Position numbers and translations under genes: made by a program
Shown here: piece after piece, positions 1 through 7,064 of the stretch
How the letters are laid out: every line of letters begins with the position of its first letter
How positions within the stretch are numbered: the first letter of the stretch is position 1
Notes under the pieces: generated by a model
Seen by the model: the letters and a program-made list of their open reading frames with translations, nothing else
The model's database searches: none
Told to the model about the DNA's origin: nothing
IMG/VR virus record: IMGVR_UViG_2541047926_000005
Coordinates: 1-12,549 of that record
From: a virus
Taxonomy: Duplodnaviria; Heunggongvirae; Uroviricota; Caudoviricetes
Reading direction: 5' to 3' (one strand)
Length of the DNA: 12,549 nucleotides

Positions 1-1284
1 TTACTTCTTCGCCTCTGCAACCACTTTACTACCCACGCCGCGGTTATTGTATTCCCACATGCGGTTGTAGTTAGTGTCATTCAGATTGCGCTGTATTTCG
101 TCGTTATCATCTACGCTGCCGGTATTACCCGCAAACGGACGATTAGAGATCACCGCATCGGCCCACGGTTTAGCCGTGTTAAAACCTTCGTTGATGGCGC
201 TATCACGGATCACCACCTGACCGTTGGTATTGGCATCAACATCCAGCGAGCGGCCCAGTTGCGCCACACCATCACCGAAAGCATTGAAACGGCTGTTTAC
301 GGCGAGGAAACCGTAGTAAATGTTGGACAGCGTAGCCGGTGCAAACACATACGCTTCTTGCTGAGTACGTGAGTTCACCACGCGGAATTCGGTGTTATCG
401 AACACCACTGCGCCGCGACCAGAAACGATATCCACATCCCCTTCAATGTAGCTGTTGGTCACCAGCGTACGCGGCTGACGATTCGTTTCCAGACGGTTCT
501 GCACACCGCTGTTGGTGACAAAGAAGGTGTTCTGACGACCGAGAATGTTAACGTTGTTAATCTGTACCTGGTCACCATCAGTACGCAGTGCCACCGCCGG
601 ATGGTTACCTGCATCTACGCTATCGCCCAGCGTGTTTTCGATGGTCAGATTTTGCAGTTGCAGGCCATTGTTTTGTGACCAGAAGACCGCAGAGCAGAGA
701 ACACCGATACTGTCGCTGCGTTTGCTCTGGCAGCTATCGTACATATACCACGCTGGTTTACCTGGCATATATTTGCCGCGCGGGTTGACGTCGTGACGCC
801 AGTCGGCAGGGCTCATGCCACCATCAAGGGAAAGCCCAATCTTCACATCAATCGGTTTTTCACCTGTACCGTACAGAGTAATTCCACCCGGAGCGGCAGG
901 GACATATACCGTTCCCTGATACTCACCAGGCATCACGGCAATATACTGGCGCTTGTTGGTACGCTTGATAATTGCCGCATCTACCGCCGCCTGAATCGTG
1001 GTATGCGTTACACCTTGAGTGCCCGCCGGGCCGACAACAAAGTCAGGTTGCGCAGGCAGGGTAATCGGGGAAGGATTCCACGCTGCAGCACCTGGTGTCA
1101 GGGATGCAAAATAGTGTTGAGCATCGAAATTCTGCGCTTCTTTTGCCGACAGAATCGGGCGAGAAGAGGTACCAGGCGCGGTTTGATCAGAAGGACGTTG
1201 ATCGGGCGGGGTTGAGCTACAGGCGGTCAGCGTCACGCCAAAAGCCAATGCCAGCGCCAGACGGGAAACTGAAAATGTGTTCAC
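1..1284 (-). CDS. ybhC: YbhC-like outer-membrane lipoprotein (pectinesterase/CE8 beta-helix fold, putative acyl-CoA thioesterase)
   Basis: Complete 427-aa ORF; GTG start at 1284 with GGAG about 7 nt upstream; N-terminal signal peptide ending in lipobox LTAC; AVALRTDGD and DIVSG motifs typical of pectinesterase fold; lies directly outside the lambda att core, as ybhC does at attB(lambda) in E. coli. Confidence 0.8.
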   Translation of the reverse strand: MNTFSVSRLALALAFGVTLTACSSTPPDQRPSDQTAPGTSSRPILSAKEAQNFDAQHYFASLTPGAAAWNPSPITLPAQPDFVVGPAGTQGVTHTTIQAAVDAAIIKRTNKRQYIAVMPGEYQGTVYVPAAPGGITLYGTGEKPIDVKIGLSLDGGMSPADWRHDVNPRGKYMPGKPAWYMYDSCQSKRSDSIGVLCSAVFWSQNNGLQLQNLTIENTLGDSVDAGNHPAVALRTDGDQVQINNVNILGRQNTFFVTNSGVQNRLETNRQPRTLVTNSYIEGDVDIVSGRGAVVFDNTEFRVVNSRTQQEAYVFAPATLSNIYYGFLAVNSRFNAFGDGVAQLGRSLDVDANTNGQVVIRDSAINEGFNTAKPWADAVISNRPFAGNTGSVDDNDEIQRNLNDTNYNRMWEYNNRGVGSKVVAEAKK

Positions 1285-1321
1285 AGGTTGCTCCGGGCTA
1301 TGAAATAGAAAAATGAATCCG

Positions 1322-1421
1322 TTGAAGCCTGCTTTTTTATACTAAGTTGGCATTATAAAAAAGCATTGCTTATCAATTTGTTGCAACGAACAGGTCACTA
1401 TCAGTCAAAATAAAATCATTA
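1322..1421. other. attL (B-O-P') junction of a lambda-type integration: 15-bp core 1331-1345, IHF H'-like site 1371-1383, Int arm-type sites about 1392-1411
   Basis: Exact core GCTTTTTTATACTAA; left flank TGAAGCCT matches the bacterial B arm; right flank GTTGGCATTATAAAAAAGCATTGCTTATCAATTTGTTGCAACGAACAGGTCACTATCAGTCAAAAT matches the phage P' arm, with TATCAATTTGTTG (IHF consensus WATCAANNNNTTR) and tandem AGGTCACTAT / CAGTCAAAAT arm-type repeats. Confidence 0.85.
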
Positions 1422-2489
1422 TTTGATTTCAATTTTGTCCCACTCCCTGCCTCTGTCATCACGATACTGTGATGCCATGGTGTCCGACTTATGCCCGAGA
1501 AGATGTTGAGCAAACTTATCGCTTATCTGCTTCTCATAGAGTCTTGCAGACAAACTGCGCAACTCGTGAAAGGTAGGCGGATCCCCTTCGAAGGAAAGAC
1601 CTGATGCTTTTCGTGCGCGCATAAAATACCTTGATACTGTGCCGGATGAAAGCGGTTCGCGACGAGTAGATGCAATTATGGTTTCTCCGCCAAGAATCTC
1701 TTTGCATTTATCAAGTGTTTCCTTCATTGATATTCCGAGAGCATCAACATGCAATGCTGTTGGGATGGCAATTTTTACGCCTGTTTTGCTTTGCTCGACA
1801 TAAAGATATCCATCTACGATATCAGACCACTTCATTTCGCATAAATCACCAACTCGTTGCCCGGTAACAACAGCCAGTTCCATTGCAAGTCTGAGCCAAC
1901 ATGGTGATGATTCTGCTGCTTGATAAATTTTCAGGTATTCGTCAGCCGTAAGTCTTGATCTCCTTACCTCTGATTTTGCTGCGCGAGTGGCAGCGACAGG
2001 GTTTGTTGTTATATGGCCTTCAGCTATTGCCTCTCGGAATGCATCGCTCAGTGTTGATCTGATTAACTTGGCTGACGCCGCCTTGCCCTCGTCTATGTAT
2101 CCATTGAGCATTGCCGCAATTTCTTTTGTGGTGATGTCTTCAAGTGGAGCATCAGGCAGACCCCTCCTTATTGCTTTAATTTTGCTCATGTAATTTATGA
2201 GTGTCTTCTGCTTGATTCCTCTGCTGGCCAGGATTTTTTCGTAGCGATCAAGCCATGAATGTAACGTAACGGAATTATCACTGTTGATTCTCGCTGTCAG
2301 AGGCTTGTGTTTGTGTCCTGAAAATAACTCAATGTTGGCCTGTATAGCTTCAGTGATTGCGATTCGCCTGTCTCGGCCTAATCCAAACTCTTTACCCGTC
2401 CTTGGGTCCCTGTAGCAGTAATATCCATTGTTTCTTATATAAAGGTTAGGGGGTAAATCCCGGCGCTCATGACTTCGCCTTCTTCCCAT
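1419..2489 (-). CDS. int: Lambda-type integrase (tyrosine recombinase)
   Basis: 356-aa ORF beginning MGRRRSHERRDLPPNLYIRNNGYYCYRDPRTGKEF, recognised as lambda Int; catalytic region HELRSLSARLY ... HLLGHKSDTMASQYRDDRG present; 3' end abuts the P' arm; 23-nt overlap with xis as in lambda. Confidence 0.95.
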   Translation of the reverse strand: MGRRRSHERRDLPPNLYIRNNGYYCYRDPRTGKEFGLGRDRRIAITEAIQANIELFSGHKHKPLTARINSDNSVTLHSWLDRYEKILASRGIKQKTLINYMSKIKAIRRGLPDAPLEDITTKEIAAMLNGYIDEGKAASAKLIRSTLSDAFREAIAEGHITTNPVAATRAAKSEVRRSRLTADEYLKIYQAAESSPCWLRLAMELAVVTGQRVGDLCEMKWSDIVDGYLYVEQSKTGVKIAIPTALHVDALGISMKETLDKCKEILGGETIIASTRREPLSSGTVSRYFMRARKASGLSFEGDPPTFHELRSLSARLYEKQISDKFAQHLLGHKSDTMASQYRDDRGREWDKIEIK

Positions 2490-2685
2490 TTCTGATCCTC
2501 TTCAAAAGGCTACCTGTTACTGGTCGATTTAAGTCAACCTTTACCGCTGATTCGTGGAACAGATATTCTCTTCCATCCTTAACCGGAGGAGGGAATATCC
2601 TGCATTCGCGCACCCATCGACGAACTGTTTCAAGGCTTCTTGGGCGTCGCTGGCGAGCGTTCCACTCCTGAAGTGTCAAGTACAT
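2467..2685 (-). CDS. xis: Excisionase
   Basis: 72-aa ORF MYLTLQEWNARQRRPRSLETVRRWVRECRIFPPPVKDGREYLFHESAVKVDLNRPVTGSLLKRIRNGKKAKS, recognised as lambda Xis; overlaps the int start. Confidence 0.9.
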   Translation of the reverse strand: MYLTLQEWNARQRRPRSLETVRRWVRECRIFPPPVKDGREYLFHESAVKVDLNRPVTGSLLKRIRNGKKAKS

Positions 2686-2711
2686 CGCAAAGTCTCCGCA
2701 ATTACACGCAA
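2665..2711 (-). promoter_or_regulatory. pI-like CII-dependent promoter (TTGC-N6-TTGC at 2698-2711 on minus strand)
   Basis: Minus-strand TTGCGTGTAATTGC lies just upstream of the xis ATG, so the predicted transcript start falls inside xis; this matches lambda pI, which yields Int without Xis. No clear -10 hexamer, as expected for an activator-dependent promoter. Confidence 0.5.
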
Positions 2712-2712
2712 G

Positions 2713-2733
2713 AAAAAACCGCCATCAGGCGGC
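2713..2733 (-). terminator. Intrinsic terminator-like hairpin (stem CCGCC/GGCGG, loop 4 nt) followed by U6 on minus strand
   Basis: Plus strand AAAAAACCGCCATCAGGCGG; the minus-strand RNA would be GCCGCC-UGAU-GGCGG-UUUUUU. Confidence 0.4.
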
Positions 2734-2902
2734 TTGGTGTTCTTTCAGTTCTTCAATTCGAATATTGGTTACGTCTGCATGTGCTATCTGCGCCCACAGC
2801 ATCCAGTGGTTATAGCAGTCGCTGATGTTCTCGGCTTCGATAACTCTGTTGAATGGTTCTCCATTCCATTCACCTGTAACTCGGAAGTGCATTTATCATC
2901 GC

Positions 2903-2930
2903 CATAAAACAAAACTCGCCGTAGCGAGTT
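2903..2930 (-). terminator. Intrinsic terminator-like hairpin (7-bp stem AACTCGC/GCGAGTT, loop CGTA) with U-rich tail on minus strand
   Basis: Perfect 7-bp inverted repeat at 2913-2930; minus-strand downstream sequence is UUGUUUUAUGG. Confidence 0.45.
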
Positions 2931-2932
2931 CA

Positions 2933-2961
2933 GATAAAAGAAAACCCGCACTCGGCGGGTT
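2933..2961 (-). terminator. Intrinsic terminator-like hairpin (7-bp stem AACCCGC/GCGGGTT, loop 5 nt) with U-rich tail on minus strand
   Basis: Perfect 7-bp inverted repeat at 2943-2961; minus-strand downstream sequence is UUUUCUUUUAU; tandem with the preceding hairpin. Confidence 0.5.
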
Positions 2962-3240
2962 CGCATTCGTTCAAATTGCGTTTACTTCTTGGCGTTCTGT
3001 TCATCCATATCGATATACCATGGGTTGCTTCCCTTGGGCATGTTTAACGACTGCTCGCGATAGTATCTGATGCGCTCCATGAAATACTCGCGTGAGTGCT
3101 CAGGTTGCTCTCATGATACCTGCTCAGTGATAACAGGTATGTTAAGGCGCTCTCTGTACTCCATGCCTGATGCTGCAAGGTCAACGTTTACCTTGTTCTG
3201 TTTTTCTTTCGATTTCTCGGCGATGTTATGCCTGACATTG

Positions 3241-3525
3241 TCAACCCGCCTCCTTCTGAACATAACGGTTATAAATCAGTCCCTGAGGGCCATAAGGAAG
3301 CGGGATGTGCAACTCCTCTGGTTCAGAAACTATCCATTCCCCGGCCATCTCCGCTGGAGAGGTAATGATAAGTTGTTTGCTAATAAAAGGACCACTCCTC
3401 TCAACAACAAGCTTACCATCTTCATTAATAAAAGCTTGGATGTCAGGTGTGCTTCCACACTTGGTGATGCAGCGTTTGAACATTTTGTGTCCCCCCATTT
3501 TATGGACGGGGTAATTATAACACAT
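3241..3525 (-). CDS. Small hypothetical protein with N-terminal Cys/His cluster, in the ea8.5 position of lambda (Ea8.5-like, tentative)
   Basis: 94-aa ORF (lambda ea8.5 is 93 aa by recollection); N-terminus MCYNYPVHKMGGHKMFKRCITKCG has H-x4-H-x5-C-x3-C spacing; no SD at 3525. Alternative start at 3483 has a purine-rich GGGGGGA upstream. Follows an 84-bp AT-rich spacer. Confidence 0.5.
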   Translation of the reverse strand: MCYNYPVHKMGGHKMFKRCITKCGSTPDIQAFINEDGKLVVERSGPFISKQLIITSPAEMAGEWIVSEPEELHIPLPYGPQGLIYNRYVQKEAG

Positions 3526-3609
3526 TGAAATATAGTAATATTTGACGTAGATTTCTTTTGATCTATAAGCGATTTTTTAATGCTTTTAAGTTATAAATAC
3601 TTGTTTTCA

Positions 3610-4185
3610 TCACCCATCTTGCTGCGGTGCTACTATTGAAAAGTACTCACACCCTTTAGCCCAAATAGTTTTGATAGTTGTCCAACTGACTGGAACCTTG
3701 ATTTCGATTCTTCCGCTGCCGTCACAAGTTTCGCAATCATCATCACCAAAGCATTCCGGGCAGCTTATAAACGTAGTTTCTGAAAATTCACCGGATAGCA
3801 CACCCTTAGCGCCGTTCTCAGCGGTTAGTTTCTTCGGCACTATAACCCAACCATCCGGAGTTACCGGAGAATTGCCATTTATATCGAAGTTTGGCTCTGC
3901 GTCCTGAACCAGGAGGATGTAACCATTCTTGGCAGTATCAAGTTCTAACGCCTCGGTGACGGTACCGAAATAGCGATTACCTAAATCCGCATCACAAGTG
4001 CTTACATCAATGGAAACCTCCATGCCTTCGATTAATTCTGGCAAGTTGTAAGTTTGGCTTACAGGTTCTGCTCCCAGTGATGCCAGTGCAATTCGTGCCA
4101 GTTCCATTTGTTCGCCACGAGTAAGCCCGTTTTCAAGCGGATTTTTAATGAACAATTCAATACGTTCTTTGGTAATAGTGGTCAT
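3610..4185 (-). CDS. Hypothetical protein with C-terminal DnaJ-type zinc-finger motif (CxxCxG ... CxxCxGxG)
   Basis: 191-aa ORF; SD AAGGA 7 nt upstream of ATG 4185; only 10 nt downstream of the preceding gene's stop; C-terminal CPECFGDDDCETCDGSG. Confidence 0.7.
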   Translation of the reverse strand: MTTITKERIELFIKNPLENGLTRGEQMELARIALASLGAEPVSQTYNLPELIEGMEVSIDVSTCDADLGNRYFGTVTEALELDTAKNGYILLVQDAEPNFDINGNSPVTPDGWVIVPKKLTAENGAKGVLSGEFSETTFISCPECFGDDDCETCDGSGRIEIKVPVSWTTIKTIWAKGCEYFSIVAPQQDG

Positions 4186-4195
4186 TTGTTAGTCC

Positions 4196-5056
4196 TTAAA
4201 CTGCTAGTTGCAATTGCATTTCAAAGCGGTCGCGTTGTTCACAATACGCAAGAGAACCAGGGCTATTGTGTGCCTCAATCCGTTCTACCATTAATGCTGC
4301 GCGTGTCTCTTTACTTGCAGGTGCATAAGCCCCAGACCAGGCTTTATCAATACCGATGTTTCGAGCGACGTTCGTACTATCTGCGCTGGCTAAGGGTAAT
4401 TTTGTGAATATCAGCGGATTTAACATGCGCAATCCATGTAGTTTCGTAACCGGCTGACCATGCCCATCAACAATGTGACGAATCAGGTCTTTCATTCTGG
4501 CTACCGCAAGAGTTGGGCGCTTTACGTCATAGTCGCCACAACTACCGATAGCCACTCGCGGAAACTCATTGCACAAATGAATAAATCGCTCGTCACTTTC
4601 ATTCATGTGCCACACTGGAACGCCAGCTAGTTTTCCGTGAGCCCGGACTTCAGCCAGGAAAGCATCGGTGGCTGGGGTGTCAACACGGATGCTGTCGCGC
4701 AAGATGAAAAATGCATTGAGCATTCCAGTCTCTGGCACTTCATCCTGATGCTTCTCATACGCATCAAGAGCCTTCATCATCTCATGTCCGAATGGTTGAG
4801 GGTGCTCAGCCTTCAGCCCAGCATTCTCCGCCGCCAGCGCTGAAAACTTCTCGTGTGCCAACTTAACAGCCGAATCAGCCTGCTTAATTGACTCAATCGC
4901 TTTCTGGTGGTCTTCGTACAGAGCCGAAATCTTGGCCTCCGCTTCAGCAAATTTACGCACCAGATATTCAGCGTTTGTTTCGTTAACCTTTAAATCTCGT
5001 GGGAAGCATTTACCTTTCAGAAAACCATCCATCTCAATTAGTGACATTTGTTTCAT
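4196..5056 (-). CDS. Hypothetical protein: N-terminal coiled-coil-like region plus C-terminal globular domain
   Basis: 286-aa ORF; ATG 5056 overlaps the upstream stop (ATGA); GGAG upstream; helical heptad-like N-terminus ([30 protein letters not shown]); C-terminal motifs AIGSCGDYD and LHGLRMLNP, unrecognised. Confidence 0.7.
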   Translation of the reverse strand: MKQMSLIEMDGFLKGKCFPRDLKVNETNAEYLVRKFAEAEAKISALYEDHQKAIESIKQADSAVKLAHEKFSALAAENAGLKAEHPQPFGHEMMKALDAYEKHQDEVPETGMLNAFFILRDSIRVDTPATDAFLAEVRAHGKLAGVPVWHMNESDERFIHLCNEFPRVAIGSCGDYDVKRPTLAVARMKDLIRHIVDGHGQPVTKLHGLRMLNPLIFTKLPLASADSTNVARNIGIDKAWSGAYAPASKETRAALMVERIEAHNSPGSLAYCEQRDRFEMQLQLAV

Positions 5057-5217
5057 TTCTTCCCACTCCGCAACATTGCATTCAGATATTTGTTGTCATT
5101 AACAGAACCGAAACTCTTTCTCTTAAGCAATTCCTCTCTCGATGGCATTGGCTTTACGCGTTGGCGAATAATCATTTCTGCCGGAAGAATGCTGGGATTG
5201 TATGCAAGTCCTCTCAT
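5053..5217 (-). CDS. Small hypothetical protein (about 54 aa), translationally coupled to both neighbours
   Basis: ATG at 5217 with SD GAGGAA 6 nt upstream (alternative ATG at 5235 overlaps the upstream TGA); its stop TGA overlaps the ATG of the 286-aa gene (ATGA). Confidence 0.4.
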   Translation of the reverse strand: MRGLAYNPSILPAEMIIRQRVKPMPSREELLKRKSFGSVNDNKYLNAMLRSGKK

Positions 5218-5227
5218 GGTAAATTCC

Positions 5228-5524
5228 TCAGTCATTACTGATAGCGCCATAGCGTGAGCGGTAATTACGCAGGCGCGGGTCGATATATTCAGGGAAGTGG
5301 GTATATGTGGCTTTGCGGAATGGTCGGATTGATGTCTGGTAAATTCGCTCGCGTTCTTCTTTCTCTGCAAGCCATATACAGTGGCGAAATTCCTTTTCCT
5401 CTTTCGTTTCCTGCGGTAGCGACATTATCAGGTCGTAGTTTTTCCTGAATTTATCCAGCACCTCCGATACGGAATTGCCGGAACAGCGGCGCGCGTCATC
5501 CGCACCATACAGAGGCGCTGGCAT
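5228..5524 (-). CDS. Hypothetical 98-aa protein immediately downstream of the erf/ssb module
   Basis: SD AAGGA about 8 nt upstream of ATG 5524; begins 24 nt after the ssb stop. Confidence 0.65.
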   Translation of the reverse strand: MPAPLYGADDARRCSGNSVSEVLDKFRKNYDLIMSLPQETKEEKEFRHCIWLAEKEERERIYQTSIRPFRKATYTHFPEYIDPRLRNYRSRYGAISND

Positions 5525-5547
5525 AATGGAATCCTTATTTTGCTAAT

Positions 5548-5931
5548 TTAGAAGGGAATTGAATCGTCGTATTCAGGATGGTTTTGATGATTGCTACTTT
5601 GTTGCTGTTGGCTGTTTCCTGAAGTTGCAAATCCAATCTTTGCATTCAGTAATTCAAGAGTGATTGATTGACCATTTTGCCCCTGATAAACATCAACCCT
5701 GATGTTTTCTCCGGTAATTTCCACAATGCCACCTTCAACAAGAACACTACGGTAGTAATCCGCTTGCGCTCCCGGCTTGGCAAATACAACGGCGCTGTAG
5801 TTTGTCCATTCTTTCTTTTTTGTCTGGCGATCGTAATACTGAACGCCAGCACGGATGTTGAATCCGATATTTTCCCCGGCCTGAAACTCTCTTGCGGGCT
5901 TGTTTAGTCTTACAGTAATCGAATGTGCCAT
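5548..5931 (-). CDS. ssb: Phage single-stranded DNA-binding protein (SSB-like)
   Basis: 127-aa product from ATG 5931 (TAATG overlap with the erf stop); OB-fold-like core (SAVVFAKPGAQADYYRSVLVEGGIVEITG), Gln/Ser-rich linker, and acidic C-terminal tip DDSIPF matching the SSB tail consensus DDDIPF. The ORF-track N-terminal extension to 6021 overlaps erf and is rejected. Confidence 0.7.
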   Translation of the reverse strand: MAHSITVRLNKPAREFQAGENIGFNIRAGVQYYDRQTKKKEWTNYSAVVFAKPGAQADYYRSVLVEGGIVEITGENIRVDVYQGQNGQSITLELLNAKIGFATSGNSQQQQSSNHQNHPEYDDSIPF

Positions 5932-6536
5932 TAAGCAGCCGCTCCTTCTAATTCGTCTCGTCTGATGTTGTAAACGTCCTGCGCTTTGTGCTGCTCCGGT
6001 GTTCCTTCGAGCATCTTCCACGCTTTGGCGAACGCCTGTTTAAGCTCTTCCACGGTGTTTTTCTGCATTGCTGCGTCAGTGAATGCTTTTAGAACCTGTT
6101 CAGGTGTAGGTGATGGTTTTGATTGCTTTGCTACTGCGTTCTGCTGATGTTTATGCTCGTCTGTATCTGCATCTTTCGCATCATCAATGCCGAACAAACT
6201 ATTGAGGCAATACTTGCGTGCATAAGAGCTTGTAGCTCCCGTAACTTGTGCAGAATCCATTCCTTTCTTGCTTTCTTCCTCTCGTGCAAGAGCGGTTGCC
6301 GTATGACTGTTTTCGCCATCGGTAATAGTTGCCGTGGCTTTCACGTAATACCGATCACCAATCAACACAACTTCATCGCTGATTGATAAAAACAGGCCAT
6401 TCAGTAACGGCTTAACGCCTTCAAGAATATCTTCGCAGCTTCTGTATTTATATTTACCGAATGAGTTGTACTGATTTTTTGGCGCGTTCAGATTCTCCTG
6501 AATAGCTGCCAGTCTTGCGTAAAATTCTTTGCTCAT
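5931..6536 (-). CDS. erf: Erf-family single-strand annealing recombinase
   Basis: 201-aa product from ATG 6536 (MSKEFYARLAAIQENLNAPKNQYNSFGKYKYRSCEDILEG ... GATSSYARKYCLNSLFGIDD), recognised as close to P22 Erf; the start at 6536 leaves a 10-nt gap to the upstream small ORF, whereas the 6566 start would overlap it. Confidence 0.85.
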   Translation of the reverse strand: MSKEFYARLAAIQENLNAPKNQYNSFGKYKYRSCEDILEGVKPLLNGLFLSISDEVVLIGDRYYVKATATITDGENSHTATALAREEESKKGMDSAQVTGATSSYARKYCLNSLFGIDDAKDADTDEHKHQQNAVAKQSKPSPTPEQVLKAFTDAAMQKNTVEELKQAFAKAWKMLEGTPEQHKAQDVYNIRRDELEGAAA

Positions 6537-6546
6537 ATGTTTGTTC

Positions 6547-6716
6547 TCAGAATGGACATGGCCCAAGGAAATAACGCTGGTTTAATACTTCGACTCGGGA
6601 CAAATTAAGGCATACCCGCATTCCTTCGCGGTCACCATTATGGCGATACCAGAGAGCTTTCTGCGTGTACATGCGTCTCTGTAACTTGCTCTCCTTCACT
6701 GTGGTTGCAAGTGACA
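6547..6716 (-). CDS. Small hypothetical protein (56 aa) upstream of erf (arf-position ORF)
   Basis: Strong SD AAGGAG 6 nt upstream of ATG 6716; ends 10 nt before the erf start; overlaps an alternative 52-aa frame (6640-6796) that is ATGA-coupled to the kil stop. Confidence 0.4.
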
Positions 6717-6792
6717 TGAATATCTCCTTCGTTACCGATTAAATCTTTCATCTGACGAATGAATTCTTCGTCTGACCAGTTATCTGTAAAAC

Positions 6793-6945
6793 TCATTTCC
6801 TGCGATACCACGGAAGGTTGATAGCTGATTTCATCGCTTTATTTGCTTCAAGCCACATTTTGGAATCACCAATAAATCTGGCTATTACTGCTTTGTTTTG
6901 TGCTGCACGAAGCATCTGGTGATTGATGGTTATTTCATTGCGCAT
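6793..6945 (-). CDS. kil: Kil-like small protein (host-killing / cell-division inhibitor family, tentative)
   Basis: Unlisted 54-aa ORF MRNEITINHQMLRAAQNKAVIARFIGDSKMWLEANKAMKSAINLPWYRRK; SD GGAGG 5 nt upstream; start overlaps the 3' end of cIII as kil does in lambda; central FIGD-KM motif resembles lambda Kil as I recall it. Confidence 0.55.
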   Translation of the reverse strand: MRNEITINHQMLRAAQNKAVIARFIGDSKMWLEANKAMKSAINLPWYRRK

Positions 6946-7064
6946 AACGCCTCCAGTTGTTTCTTTGCTGCTCTGATTAATTGTTTAACTCGGCGTGATA
7001 ATTCAGATTCGAGCGGGTAGAAAGCGGACATGACGCCGCTACCCGCGAGCTGAAAGTGCATCAT
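6930..7064 (-). CDS. cIII: CIII-like protein (FtsH inhibitor that stabilises CII)
   Basis: 44-aa product MMHFQLAGSGVMSAFYPLESELSRRVKQLIRAAKKQLEALCAMK from ATG 7064 with SD AAGGAG 6 nt upstream; amphipathic core ESELSRRVKQLIRAAKKQLEAL parallels the lambda CIII core ESLLERITRKLRDGWKRLIDIL; the ORF-track 61-aa version has a spurious N-terminal extension. Confidence 0.75.
   Translation of the reverse strand: MMHFQLAGSGVMSAFYPLESELSRRVKQLIRAAKKQLEALCAMK

Noticed and set aside
545-1316. Plus-strand ORFs (83, 66, 140, 73 aa) inside ybhC
   Set aside because: Antisense to a well-supported 427-aa gene; low-complexity Arg/Cys-rich translations; no ribosome-binding sites.
2784-2966. Minus-strand 60-aa ORF and plus-strand ORFs at 2554-3070
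   Set aside because: Overlap the terminator hairpins and the pI region; Arg/Cys-rich junk-like translations; no SD. Region judged non-coding.
3070-3528. Plus-strand 152-aa ORF
   Set aside because: Low-complexity Cys/Ser/Leu-rich translation, antisense to the more protein-like 94-aa minus-strand ORF; the rest of the region is transcribed leftward.
4196-5056. Idea that the 286-aa protein is a tRNA/DNA-guanine transglycosylase (TGT/DpdA)-like enzyme, based on the AIG and LxGxxxxP motifs
   Set aside because: The C-terminal domain (about 170 aa) is too small for a TIM barrel and lacks the zinc-binding Cys cluster; the resemblance is limited to short motifs.
5053-5370. 105-aa minus-strand ORF as listed in the ORF track
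   Set aside because: Its 5' half overlaps the 98-aa gene (5228-5524) in another frame. Only the 3' part (5053-5217), with its own SD and ATGA coupling, is kept.
5548-6021. 157-aa version of the SSB ORF, and the 211-aa version of erf starting at 6566
   Set aside because: The N-terminal extensions overlap the upstream genes and lack ribosome-binding sites; internal ATGs (5931, 6536) give stop/start coupling and products matching the family N-termini.
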